Virus record (IMG/VR): IMGVR_UViG_3300049173_000082
Span: 1 to 59,661 of that record
Reading direction: 5' to 3' (one strand)
Length of the DNA stretch: 59,661 nt
Source of the DNA: a virus
Taxonomy: Duplodnaviria; Caudoviricetes
The translations under genes were made by a program, and so were the position numbers. The notes below the pieces were generated by a model, which was not told the DNA's origin, made no database searches, and was given only the letters and a program-made list of their open reading frames with translations. Of this stretch, positions 35,371 to 44,473 are shown in pieces (positions within the stretch are counted from its first letter, which is position 1; each line of letters opens with the position of its first letter).

Positions 35371-38283
35371 TCAGCGAGTCCGTCCGGCCAACGCCAACTG
35401 ACGTCGAGCCGCCATACCGATGGACTCTTCGGACTGCTCCGGCCTCGGATAGATGTTCACCGTCGGCCCCGTGCCACCCGCTCCAGCAGCCGCGGTGTCA
35501 GCGGTGACCAGGCCGCCGCCTGCCAGGTTGACCGCGTCGGTGAGTTCGCGTGAGGCGGACACGACCAGCGGCACACCGCGTTCCATGCCAGCGGCGAAGT
35601 CGCGGGCCAGCGCCATGCCGGACCGGTCGGTGTAGCCCATGCCCGACAGAGGGCCGCGTTTGGCTGGGCTGTGGGGGAAGAAGTCCTTGACGGATTGCAC
35701 GATGTTGCTCGCGGTGTCCTGAACGGTGCCGATCATCGAGACGAGGCCGTCGATGAAACCGCGGATCAACGCCCTGCCTGATTCGACCAGCAGCGATCCC
35801 AGGTTGCCCAGTGCGGACACGATCCGGCCGGGCAGCGTGGACACCCAACTGAGGATCGACTCGGCGGAGGACACCATCGCCGAGCGTGCCGAGTTCCACG
35901 CGTTCGATGCCCAGCCGCCCAGCGACGACGCCAAAGACCCGACCGCCGCGACGATGCGACCCGGCAGCCCGACCGCCCACGCCAGGATGGACTCGGCGGC
36001 GTTCAGGCCGGTCGTGCTTGCCCACTCCCAGGCTGAGCGCGCCCACTCGCCCAGCATCGACTGCAGTGACGCGAGGGCCGCCATGATCCGGCCAGGCAAC
36101 GCCATAACCCAGACCAGGGCGTTGTCGATGCCGGTCACGATTGCCGTGGTGGCGAACTCGAAGGCATGCGCGAGGAGGTCCCACAGCAGACTGCCCAGCG
36201 TGGCCAAGGTCTGGACGATCACGATCGGCAGCACGATCAGCGCGCCGACGATGTAGCCGATGCCGGTGCCGATGGCGGTCGCCGCGAACAGAAACGCGTC
36301 GGAGAACAACTGCCACAGCTGCTGCGGCAACTGCTGCAACGCGGTGACGATCCGCCCAGGCAGCGCCTGGAACCAGGCGATGACGCTGTCCACGAATGAC
36401 GACAGCCCCGACGACGCCTGAGAACCCAGGTCGGAGAACCAGCGGCCCACCGCAGACGCGACACGGGACAGGGCGTCGGTGAAGTCCGACAGCTGCAGCG
36501 ACGAGATCGTGTCGCCGAGGTCGGAGAACCAGCGGACCAGTTTTCCGGCGGCTTCGCCGACGTCGCGCAGGAGGCCGCCGATCGTGTCCAAGTACAGCCA
36601 GCGGGAGAACTGGTTGGCGAGCCGGTTCACCCAGTCCGCCACGTCGATGACCTTGTCCAGCAGCACTGCCAGGGCGTCGGCCGCTTTGCCGATGATCGGC
36701 GCGGCGGTGGTCAGGTTGCGGCCGAAAGCGTTGGCGAACAACGTCACCAGCCTGGCCAGAGGCGGGATCAGCGGTGTCGCCGCGATCAGCACATCCGACA
36801 GCGCCTTGCCGAGGTCGACCAGCGCTGTGGACATCCGCGGGTCAGCGAAGGCCTTGGACAGCCCCTGCGCGACCGACTCCAGGCCGGGACCGAGCTTCTC
36901 CAGCGCCGCACCGAGCCCGTCGATCAACGACGTGACGCCGGGTCCCAGCGCTGTTGCGATCCGGGCTGCGGGCTCGACGATGCGGCCCAAGGCCTTGCCC
37001 AGCGACTCGAGCACTGGCGCCAGGACTTGACCGGCCTCGCGCAGCGCACGCAGCACGCTGAGCAGAACCTCACGTCCTTCACCGGACGACAGGAACTGGT
37101 TGACCGACCGCAGCAGGTCGGTCAGGGTCGAGGTCAGCCCCGTGCCCTGCTCGGTGGCCGCCGACAGGACCGCGTGCACGATCCCGCCGACCTGCCGGAG
37201 CAGTTCACCGAACTGGCGCAGCACCCCGAACGCGTCGGTGATCGCCTGCACGGCCTTGCCGGACGCGGAGATGCGGGTCAGCCACTCACCGAATGACTGC
37301 GCCGCAGTGCCAGCACCCTGGGTGATCCGTGAAACCACCGGCAACGCGGCTGTCGCCAGATCCCGGAACCCGCGGGCCACCGCGACGATTCCGTCGCGCA
37401 TCGACGCAATGGAGCCGCGGGCCGCGTTGAACGCGCCGGAGACCAGGTCCACGGTCGCGGACTCCCGCGCCACGCCCAGCAGAGCGGAGGCGACCTTGCC
37501 CGCCTCCGCCGCTACCGAGGACATGCCCGACTTCAGCGGCCCCAGCAGTACGTTCGCGGTCGCGGTCAGCTGCTCAGCGAGCTGGCTGAACAGGGCGTCC
37601 TGCACCTGCTTGCGCAGCGCCCGGAACGCGGGCTGCAACCGCTCGACCTCACGTGCCACCGAACGAGCGGCAGGGGAGAGCTTTTCCAGCGCCTCGGCGA
37701 ACTTCTCCGGGTCGCCGACCACCTTGAGTGCGTCGCCGAACCCCAGCAACCCGACCTTGATCGAGGCGATACCAGCTGCGGCGGTGACACCGAGCGCGGG
37801 CACGACGGCGATCGCGCCCGACAGCGCGCCTACCGCCGTGGTCACGCCCAGCACGCTGTTGATCGCGGCACCGGCGACAGCAGCGAACGCCCCGATCTTG
37901 AGCGTCGTCGAGCCCACAGCGGTCGACAGTCCGGAAAACCCGCTGATCGCCTTGCGGATCTGCCCGGCACGGTCGACGCCGACCTCGACCTCGACCTTCG
38001 GTGCCGCCCGGTTGAGCTGTGCGGCCAGCAACTTGAACTGACGCTCGGCCGCATCGGAGTCCAGCGTGGCCGGGATCGCGACACGCGACGCCTTCTCCGC
38101 CTTGGCCATCAGCTTCTGCAGCTGAACGTCGAACTTCGTCTCGTCCAGGCCGAGGTTGACGTTCAGTCGCGTGCGCGCCTCGACTCGGTCGAGGTACCTG
38201 CCCAGCGCCGTGCCAAAGCTCGTGGTGTCCGGGAGAACCCGGACACCCGCGCGGGCGACGATCACCGCTCCGGTGCCAGCCAC
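35371..38283 (-). CDS. Tape measure protein
   Basis: 970 aa, Ala/Leu/Gly-rich, W-spaced repeats, FFPHSPAKRGPLSG. Confidence 0.93.
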   Translation of the reverse strand: MAGTGAVIVARAGVRVLPDTTSFGTALGRYLDRVEARTRLNVNLGLDETKFDVQLQKLMAKAEKASRVAIPATLDSDAAERQFKLLAAQLNRAAPKVEVEVGVDRAGQIRKAISGFSGLSTAVGSTTLKIGAFAAVAGAAINSVLGVTTAVGALSGAIAVVPALGVTAAAGIASIKVGLLGFGDALKVVGDPEKFAEALEKLSPAARSVAREVERLQPAFRALRKQVQDALFSQLAEQLTATANVLLGPLKSGMSSVAAEAGKVASALLGVARESATVDLVSGAFNAARGSIASMRDGIVAVARGFRDLATAALPVVSRITQGAGTAAQSFGEWLTRISASGKAVQAITDAFGVLRQFGELLRQVGGIVHAVLSAATEQGTGLTSTLTDLLRSVNQFLSSGEGREVLLSVLRALREAGQVLAPVLESLGKALGRIVEPAARIATALGPGVTSLIDGLGAALEKLGPGLESVAQGLSKAFADPRMSTALVDLGKALSDVLIAATPLIPPLARLVTLFANAFGRNLTTAAPIIGKAADALAVLLDKVIDVADWVNRLANQFSRWLYLDTIGGLLRDVGEAAGKLVRWFSDLGDTISSLQLSDFTDALSRVASAVGRWFSDLGSQASSGLSSFVDSVIAWFQALPGRIVTALQQLPQQLWQLFSDAFLFAATAIGTGIGYIVGALIVLPIVIVQTLATLGSLLWDLLAHAFEFATTAIVTGIDNALVWVMALPGRIMAALASLQSMLGEWARSAWEWASTTGLNAAESILAWAVGLPGRIVAAVGSLASSLGGWASNAWNSARSAMVSSAESILSWVSTLPGRIVSALGNLGSLLVESGRALIRGFIDGLVSMIGTVQDTASNIVQSVKDFFPHSPAKRGPLSGMGYTDRSGMALARDFAAGMERGVPLVVSASRELTDAVNLAGGGLVTADTAAAGAGGTGPTVNIYPRPEQSEESIGMAARRQLALAGRTR

Positions 38284-38312
38284 GACGGCTCACCCCCGAT
38301 CGGTGCTCGTGC

Positions 38313-38651
38313 TCAGATCGGGAGCGCCTCGTCCAACGTCGCGACGCGTTTGGTCTGCTGGGGACGCGGCAGCTTGCGCTTATAGCCGCCGCTGCCGGTG
38401 GCGTCGCGGGTCTGCGCGGCGATCTCCACTGGTGTGGTCCACGACCGCATGTGCTGGCCGCCCACCAGTTCCGCGACGTACGCGGAGCCCTCAGGCAGGT
38501 ACTCGAGTAGCGACAGGACCAGTAGTGGGGTAACGCCGCTGCCTTCGCGAAACACGTCGGACAGACGCATTCCGCCGCAGTGGGCCATCAGGTCGAACTG
38601 GATCGCCTCGCCGTGCTCGCCGATCAGCTCGGCGAGGCGGCGGCTTCCCCC
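38313..38651 (-). CDS. Tail assembly chaperone, frameshift extension (gpGT)
   Basis: -1 frame after GGGGGAA (38645-38651) gives GSRRLAELIGEHGEAIQFDLMAH... Confidence 0.8.
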   Translation of the reverse strand, partial: GGSRRLAELIGEHGEAIQFDLMAHCGGMRLSDVFREGSGVTPLLVLSLLEYLPEGSAYVAELVGGQHMRSWTTPVEIAAQTRDATGSGGYKRKLPRPQQTKRVATLDEALPI

Positions 38652-38998
38652 ACCTGGTTGACCTCGGTGTAGCCCTTGAACAGGGTCATCAGCAGGACGA
38701 CGTCGTGGCCATGGCTCTTGATGAACGCGTCGGCTGGCGCCTTCGTGGCCGCGACCAGGCGAATGAGTTCGTGCAGCGCAGCGCGTACATCGCGCGTGAT
38801 GTTCTCAGACTTCGTCTCGCCCTTCTGCAGGGCAAACAGTCGATCCTGCAGTTCATACGCCTTGTTCTGCTTCTCGTCGGACAGGCGCAGCAACGGCTTG
38901 AGCACGAGCGTCTTGCCGCCGCCGAGGTCGATCTCGTAGTCGCCGTAGAGGCCTTCAGCTTCGGCCTGCAACTGGGCGATGGTGAGCTTTGCACCCAC
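38624..38998 (-). CDS. Tail assembly chaperone (gpG)
   Basis: Between major tail and tape measure; ends QVGEA; RBS aaggag. Confidence 0.88.
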   Translation of the reverse strand: MGAKLTIAQLQAEAEGLYGDYEIDLGGGKTLVLKPLLRLSDEKQNKAYELQDRLFALQKGETKSENITRDVRAALHELIRLVAATKAPADAFIKSHGHDVVLLMTLFKGYTEVNQVGEAAASPS

Positions 38999-39111
38999 GG
39001 GCTTCTCCTTGCTATGGAACGGACCTTGAGTACGGACCACAGAGAAGGGACGCCGGGGCAGGAGGTCCGTAGCCCGCCCCAGCGTCGTCAGTGCGAGGGC
39101 AGGTCAGCCGG

Positions 39112-39978
39112 TCAGCTGCCGCCCTGCGTGGTGGTGGTGACTGCGACTGTCGGCGTGGTGCCGCCGGTGAGACCGGCGGAGCTGGCGGTCATCTGCGACA
39201 CGTTGACGCCGGCGAGATCGCCGGTGAACTCGACTGCCACCGGAGTGCCAGGCAGTGCGCCGCCGGTGCAGGCCACGTTGCCGCTGCCGATGTTCGACAG
39301 CGCGGCCAGCGCCGTCTGCACCGCTGCGGCTGCTGCGTTGTAGGCGATGTTCGCGGTGGTCTGGCCGTCGAAGGTGAGCGTGAAGTTGCCGCCTGTCGGC
39401 GTGCCGGTGATCGCGACCTGCTGCACCTCGTTCGCGCCCATCGGCGCTGGCACCGAGATCTCGCCCAGGTAGTCATCCGCCTCGTCGCCGAGGATCGTCG
39501 CCGCGATCGGCAGCGACGCGAGCTGCTCGATGTCGAACTCCTCGGAGTCCGCGCCGACGATGCTCACCCGCTTGTAGTGCCGGTACTGGGCACGCGCGCC
39601 GTCGACGATCCGGATGAACAGCGCCTTCTCGGTCGGCACTGGGATCTTCGGGACCTGCACCCGACCGGACACCACGGCCGCGTTCGCGCCGTAGTACAGC
39701 TTCTGCGAAGCCGTGTCGTACTGCAGCAGGTTGAACGCGATCGCGTAGGTGGGCGGCGAGACGTCCGAGCGCATGTTCGCGTCCTGCCACGACCCCTTGG
39801 TGGTGGCTTCGCCGCCGTTGCGGGATACCTGCATCGGGCTCTCGCGCGACGTGTGGCCGATCTCGACGAAGCCCGATGCGCCGGGGTCGTCGGGATCGGC
39901 GGGATATGCGGTGCCGGACAATGCGAGCCAGTACTCGCCCTTGCCCGGCACGAAGGTGACATTCTTGTCCCTGGCCAT
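39112..39978 (-). CDS. Major tail (tube) protein with C-terminal accessory domain
   Basis: FVEIGHTSRE..KGSWQ..KLYYG; C-terminal NEVQQVAITGTPTGG domain. Confidence 0.9.
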   Translation of the reverse strand: MARDKNVTFVPGKGEYWLALSGTAYPADPDDPGASGFVEIGHTSRESPMQVSRNGGEATTKGSWQDANMRSDVSPPTYAIAFNLLQYDTASQKLYYGANAAVVSGRVQVPKIPVPTEKALFIRIVDGARAQYRHYKRVSIVGADSEEFDIEQLASLPIAATILGDEADDYLGEISVPAPMGANEVQQVAITGTPTGGNFTLTFDGQTTANIAYNAAAAAVQTALAALSNIGSGNVACTGGALPGTPVAVEFTGDLAGVNVSQMTASSAGLTGGTTPTVAVTTTTQGGS

Positions 39979-40034
39979 TGGTCCTCCGTGGACAGATGAG
40001 AGTCGGCCGCGCCGGGCGCGCGTCCGGAAGAAGG

Positions 40035-40457
40035 TCAGTTCCGGCGCATGCCGAGCGAGAACACGCCACGGAACTGGTAGACGTCGACGGGCAACCCGGA
40101 GTCGCGGATCTCCACGAACCGCTCCAGCGCCTCGTAGCTCGTGAGGTGACCGGCCGCGACGACGACTTGGTCGTCGACCGCGCGGTACAGGCCGACGCGG
40201 GCGCACTCGGCGAGATCAGCCGCGGCGGCCTGGCTGCCGTGGGCGAACACCTCAAGCGCGACTGAGGCGATGCCGAGCAGTTCGGGGTGTGGTTCGCTGC
40301 CGCCGGAGGTTTCCTCGACGAGCACGAACGGCAGCCGCGTGAAGACGTTTGTGCGCTGCGTACCGACCTGCAGGCCGGGAACGTGCGGTGTCATCTGCCG
40401 CAACAGGACCTGTTGCACGAGGAGGTTCGCAGCGGGCAGCAACCGGGGCAGGCTCAT
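40035..40457 (-). CDS. Tail terminator
   Basis: Synteny and size. Confidence 0.75.
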   Translation of the reverse strand: MSLPRLLPAANLLVQQVLLRQMTPHVPGLQVGTQRTNVFTRLPFVLVEETSGGSEPHPELLGIASVALEVFAHGSQAAAADLAECARVGLYRAVDDQVVVAAGHLTSYEALERFVEIRDSGLPVDVYQFRGVFSLGMRRN

Positions 40458-40459
40458 GG

Positions 40460-40759
40460 TCAGCCGCCCGGCTGCACGGCATCACGCAGCACATGGAGGC
40501 CTTCGATCCACGACCCGTCCGGCGCATAGTGCCCGCGTTCCACGGCCAGCGGCGCCGGGCCGACCAGCTCGACGAACGCGTCGGTCTGCGCGCCGAGCCG
40601 CAGGTGTACCTCGTGGTCGCCGTCGTCGCGGTGCGCCGCGAGGCCTGCTCGTGCCCGCTGCAGGATCGGTGTCGCCGCGTCGACCACGGCACTGGTGACG
40701 CCGTCGAGGTGCGCGATCAGGTCGTTGCAGTTCTTGTAGACCATCGCCACGTCATCCAC
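40460..40759 (-). CDS. Neck/head-tail protein (HK97 gp10/DUF5403-like)
   Basis: PLAVERGH....EGLHVLRDA. Confidence 0.75.
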   Translation of the reverse strand: MDDVAMVYKNCNDLIAHLDGVTSAVVDAATPILQRARAGLAAHRDDGDHEVHLRLGAQTDAFVELVGPAPLAVERGHYAPDGSWIEGLHVLRDAVQPGG

Positions 40760-41102
40760 CTCCCTTCGGGTTCAGGGTGCGGATGGTGATCACCGTGCGG
40801 CGGGTGCTCTTGCCGCGACGTAGCTCGGTCGGCTCGCCGTCGACTTCCCAGCGGCGGCCATCCCACTCGACCTGCGCCCACGGGCCCGCCGGGCACGGAA
40901 CGCCCCGCTTCGGCCGCATCCGGTACACCTCACCGGCCTGCTGACCGAGCACGGCACGTTCCTCTGTGGACAGCGGCCACACCATCGCGGGCACGTCGAC
41001 ACCGACCTCGGCCGGCTTCCACTGCGGGTTGCCGTACGGGTCGGTGCCGAGCTCTTGCGGGTAGACCTTCACGACAGCGTTGAACTCGTCGAGAATGCTC
41101 AA
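40752..41102 (-). CDS. Head-to-tail stopper
   Basis: DPYGNP...GPWAQVEWDGRRWEVDGEP. Confidence 0.8.
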   Translation of the reverse strand: MSILDEFNAVVKVYPQELGTDPYGNPQWKPAEVGVDVPAMVWPLSTEERAVLGQQAGEVYRMRPKRGVPCPAGPWAQVEWDGRRWEVDGEPTELRRGKSTRRTVITIRTLNPKGGG

Positions 41103-41563
41103 CACGACCACCACGGCTCGTCGTCGTAGAGGATCGGGTCGCCGCCGTACTGGTCGTGCAGGAACAGCCGCTCTTCGGGCCCGACACGGGTCGTCGGCAT
41201 GGTGTAGAGCTTCGTCGACGACGGCGCGTACTTGGCCAGCAGCTCTTTCTCCTGCTCGGTGAGGTACGGCGTGACCGCGTCCGGCTCACGCCTCCACGTG
41301 TAGCCGTCCTCCGCCTCGGAGGAGAACTCGTCCGGATTGCGATAGCACCGCAACGCGGCCTTGAGCACGACGGTCGCGACTGGTCCGGGCGCGATGGGCT
41401 GTCCCTGCTCGTCGAGCCAGGACTTACCTGTCTCCGCCCGGACCAGGTTGGACGCGTCCTCCAGGTCGGCCTCAGCCTTCGCCAGGTCGACCCCGGTGAG
41501 GCTGCCTACGGGGATCCGCAGTCGCGCCTCGAGCTTGCTTACGGGTGCGAGAAGCGCGTCCAT
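41099..41563 (-). CDS. Head-to-tail adaptor
   Basis: LEDASNLVR...RCYRNPD..SE..DGYTW..YLTEQEKELL. Confidence 0.85.
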   Translation of the reverse strand: MDALLAPVSKLEARLRIPVGSLTGVDLAKAEADLEDASNLVRAETGKSWLDEQGQPIAPGPVATVVLKAALRCYRNPDEFSSEAEDGYTWRREPDAVTPYLTEQEKELLAKYAPSSTKLYTMPTTRVGPEERLFLHDQYGGDPILYDDEPWWSC

Positions 41564-41586
41564 CGCCGATCACCTCTCTCCGAGGA

Positions 41587-42810
41587 TCAGGGCATGACGA
41601 TCTTGACGGCGCGAACAAACGTCACCTGCGCGCCCGCCGAGGAGGTAGCCACGGCAACCGCTGGCGAGCTGCCACCGGTCAGGCCCGCGCCGGACGCAGT
41701 CATCTGCGCGACGTTGGTGCCGGCCAGGCTGCCTCGGAACGTCACCGTGTACGGGCCGCCAGCAGACCCGGTCACGTCGACGTTGCCGTAGCCGACAGTG
41801 GACAAGGCCTCCAGCGCCGTGCGGACCGTGGCTGCGGTCGCGTTGTATGCGATGGCGGCGGTGGTCTGGCCGGAGTAGGTGGCCGTCCACGTTCCGCCCG
41901 TCGGCGTGCCGGTGATCGTGAGGGTCTGGACCTCGTTGGACTTGCCGTCCGCGACGATGTTGGTGCCCGCGTACACGTTCACCATCGAGCGGTCCTGCTG
42001 GTTGCGGAAGTCGTAGTCCTGCAGCCAACGCATCGTCAGCCCCTGGAAGGACTGCGAGGAGCCTTTCGTCGCGCCGTCCGGCACGCGCGGCGCGCGCATC
42101 GCCAGCACGTACGCGGTGCGGTGGAACAGGAACCCGACGTTCGGAGGGAGCGCGTTCGAGCCGTGCGCCTCACCGAAGCCCGCGACACGGCCGATGATCG
42201 CGTCGCGCAGCGCGGAGTCCGAACCGGACTTGTCGACCTCCTTGAAGTGCGCGGACTTCAGGATGGCTGCCTCGATCGCGGAGCCAACGACCGCGAACCG
42301 CTCGGTCTTCGGCACGTTCTGGTCGTTGAGCGCCTGGCGGCCGTCGACGAAGGTGTTGTACGGGTCGGTGGTGTCGACGGTGAGCGTGGTGGCGTAGGTC
42401 GCGCCGAGCATCTCGGCGGCGACCATCTCCTCCAGGCCTTCGGCGACCGCGAGCACCTGCGGCTGCAGGATCTGCGACCCGAAGTTCTCGATCTTGAGGG
42501 TGAGGTCCTCGTCCGTGATCGGAACGGCGTTGTAGACGTCGTCAGTGAGCTGCACCGGGATCGAGGTCTCGGTGAGCTCGTCCATCGTGATGATGCCCTC
42601 GCCCTCCGACGCCGTCGGGCGCGCGGTGCCGAGCGTGCGGCGACGCGAGCGGGTGCGCGCCGGGACGCGGATGTTCACCGTTTCGCTGGTCGCGCCAACA
42701 AAGTCGGCGTCGACATCGCGCCACACCATGGCGGGAAGGACGATCTCGCGCTGCAACAGCCCAAGGGCGGTGCGCGAGATCTTCGTCGCGGTCAGGAACG
42801 TGTTGGCCAC
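41587..42810 (-). CDS. Major capsid protein with an inserted accessory domain
   Basis: ANTFLTATKISRTALGLLQRE.., LNDQNVP..RFAVVG; synteny. Confidence 0.92.
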   Translation of the reverse strand: MANTFLTATKISRTALGLLQREIVLPAMVWRDVDADFVGATSETVNIRVPARTRSRRRTLGTARPTASEGEGIITMDELTETSIPVQLTDDVYNAVPITDEDLTLKIENFGSQILQPQVLAVAEGLEEMVAAEMLGATYATTLTVDTTDPYNTFVDGRQALNDQNVPKTERFAVVGSAIEAAILKSAHFKEVDKSGSDSALRDAIIGRVAGFGEAHGSNALPPNVGFLFHRTAYVLAMRAPRVPDGATKGSSQSFQGLTMRWLQDYDFRNQQDRSMVNVYAGTNIVADGKSNEVQTLTITGTPTGGTWTATYSGQTTAAIAYNATAATVRTALEALSTVGYGNVDVTGSAGGPYTVTFRGSLAGTNVAQMTASGAGLTGGSSPAVAVATSSAGAQVTFVRAVKIVMP

Positions 42811-42875
42811 GGAAAACCTCCAGTGGTGTTGGGTGAACCGCTAGCGGCCATCCGTGGGGGCCGTGCGGGTATAGG

Positions 42876-43562
42876 TCAGCGCCGCGGAATGGTGGCCGCG
42901 AGCTTCTTGGGATCGGTCTCCTCGACCGGCTCATCCGGATCGCCACCGCCGCGGAGCCTCTCCTTGGGACGCCGTTCGACCTTGGTGGTCGTCTTGGTGT
43001 CCTTGGAGGCGAAGGAGGACAGCAGGTCGTCCGCGTCCTCCTCAAGCTCTTCCTGGGTTGTGCCAACGAGGCGTCGCGCAGTCGTGTTGAGGAGCCGCTC
43101 CTGCTCGGGGGTGAGTCCCTTCCCGATGGCCACCCGGAGCCGCAACAGTTCGCTCTCTGCCTTGCCGGCGCGCTCTTCGGCGCTGGAAAGGCGTTCACTG
43201 AGCCGCTCGGTCTCCGTCTTGTTGGCGTCCTCCAGCTCCTTGGCCTTGGCCGCCAACGGCTCCAGTTCCTTGAGGCGATTCCGGAGGCTCTGTGCCTCCT
43301 TGTTTGCCTTGGCGATCTTCACCTTCGCGCGGTCCTCGTCGAACGGCTCCGGCTCGGGCTTCTTCTTGTCTTCCGCGTCCGGCTTGTCGGGCTCCTCCGG
43401 GGAGTCCGGCTCGTCGTCGGTCTCGTTGTCGGTCTCGTCGTCCTCAGCGGCGCCGATCACGGGCCACACCGGGCGGCCTCCGATCACAGCGAGCGCCTCC
43501 AGGGGCTCACCGGTGGCCGGGTCGATCAGCGTCGGGTGGACGGGCAGAGTGGTGCTGTGCAT
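42876..43562 (-). CDS. Scaffolding protein
   Basis: Acidic N-terminus, coiled coil, RLVGTTQEELEEDADDL. Confidence 0.88.
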   Translation of the reverse strand: MHSTTLPVHPTLIDPATGEPLEALAVIGGRPVWPVIGAAEDDETDNETDDEPDSPEEPDKPDAEDKKKPEPEPFDEDRAKVKIAKANKEAQSLRNRLKELEPLAAKAKELEDANKTETERLSERLSSAEERAGKAESELLRLRVAIGKGLTPEQERLLNTTARRLVGTTQEELEEDADDLLSSFASKDTKTTTKVERRPKERLRGGGDPDEPVEETDPKKLAATIPRR

Positions 43563-43615
43563 GTGCCCTCCAGGGGCGTCGTGACGTGGGTTGAACCGCC
43601 TCCAGGGCGGGACAG

Positions 43616-44473
43616 TCAGGAGCGCTGCGCGTCGTAGGCAGCGCGGAATGCGGCGAGCGCCGCAGAGCCGGACTTGCGGGCCGTAGCGTCGCGGTAGATC
43701 TCGGCGTACTTCTTCGCCTGGTCCGGAACGGGTGTGTCCTGGCTGAACAGTGGCTCCACGGTGCAGGCACAGTGATCGTGGAACTTGTAGAGGCCCTCAC
43801 CGACAAAGGCCTCACGCGGCCCGTTGCGACTACGCGTCGCGGTGTTCGCTCGCCGGCCCGCCGCGTCCTCGGTGCGGAAGACGAACCCGCGCGAGATCAT
43901 GAGCGCGCAGAAGTAGCACGGATTTCCGTCGCTGACCCGCGCGAACGCGAGCGCTACGCGGTCCTGTGTGGCTTCCTCACGGAGCAGTTCGCGGCCGCCG
44001 TCGAGGACGTGCCGCACGGCCGCACCTTCCACCTGGGTCAGCGCGGTCTTGCGGATCTTCTCCAGCTTCCGCTCGGCCGCGTGGTCCTCGCCGAGCTCTG
44101 TGAGGCCGGCGAGTCGTGCGGAGGCTTTCTTCATCGACACCGGGCCGGTGACGATCAACGATTGCCGGATCGCGTTGTCCGCTGCGGTTTCCGGCACCGA
44201 GTCGAGCCACCGCGCCCGGTACGGCTCCTCGTCTGGCAGTTCGACTGCCCGCAGCTGCTCGTAGTAGGCCGCGGCGAGCCGTGCCGATTCCCGTCTGTGC
44301 TCGGCGATCGTCAGCGTGCTGAGCCGCAGCCACTCCGGTGCAGTCGCGTCCAACCGCCGAACATCGAGCAGCGGCCACAACTTCAGCAGGCTAACCAGCA
44401 TCTTCGACCGGACACCCAGCTGCCCTACCCGGAACTGTGCAGTCAGTTTGCGCCCGACAGCAGTGACGGCCAT
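43616..44473 (-). CDS. MuF-like minor head / capsid maturation protein
   Basis: ARVSDGNPCYFCALMISRG...FHDHCACTVEP. Confidence 0.85.
   Translation of the reverse strand: MAVTAVGRKLTAQFRVGQLGVRSKMLVSLLKLWPLLDVRRLDATAPEWLRLSTLTIAEHRRESARLAAAYYEQLRAVELPDEEPYRARWLDSVPETAADNAIRQSLIVTGPVSMKKASARLAGLTELGEDHAAERKLEKIRKTALTQVEGAAVRHVLDGGRELLREEATQDRVALAFARVSDGNPCYFCALMISRGFVFRTEDAAGRRANTATRSRNGPREAFVGEGLYKFHDHCACTVEPLFSQDTPVPDQAKKYAEIYRDATARKSGSAALAAFRAAYDAQRS

Noticed and set aside
41545-43584. 679-aa plus-strand ORF
   Set aside because: Shadow of the capsid and scaffold genes; Arg-rich with no motifs
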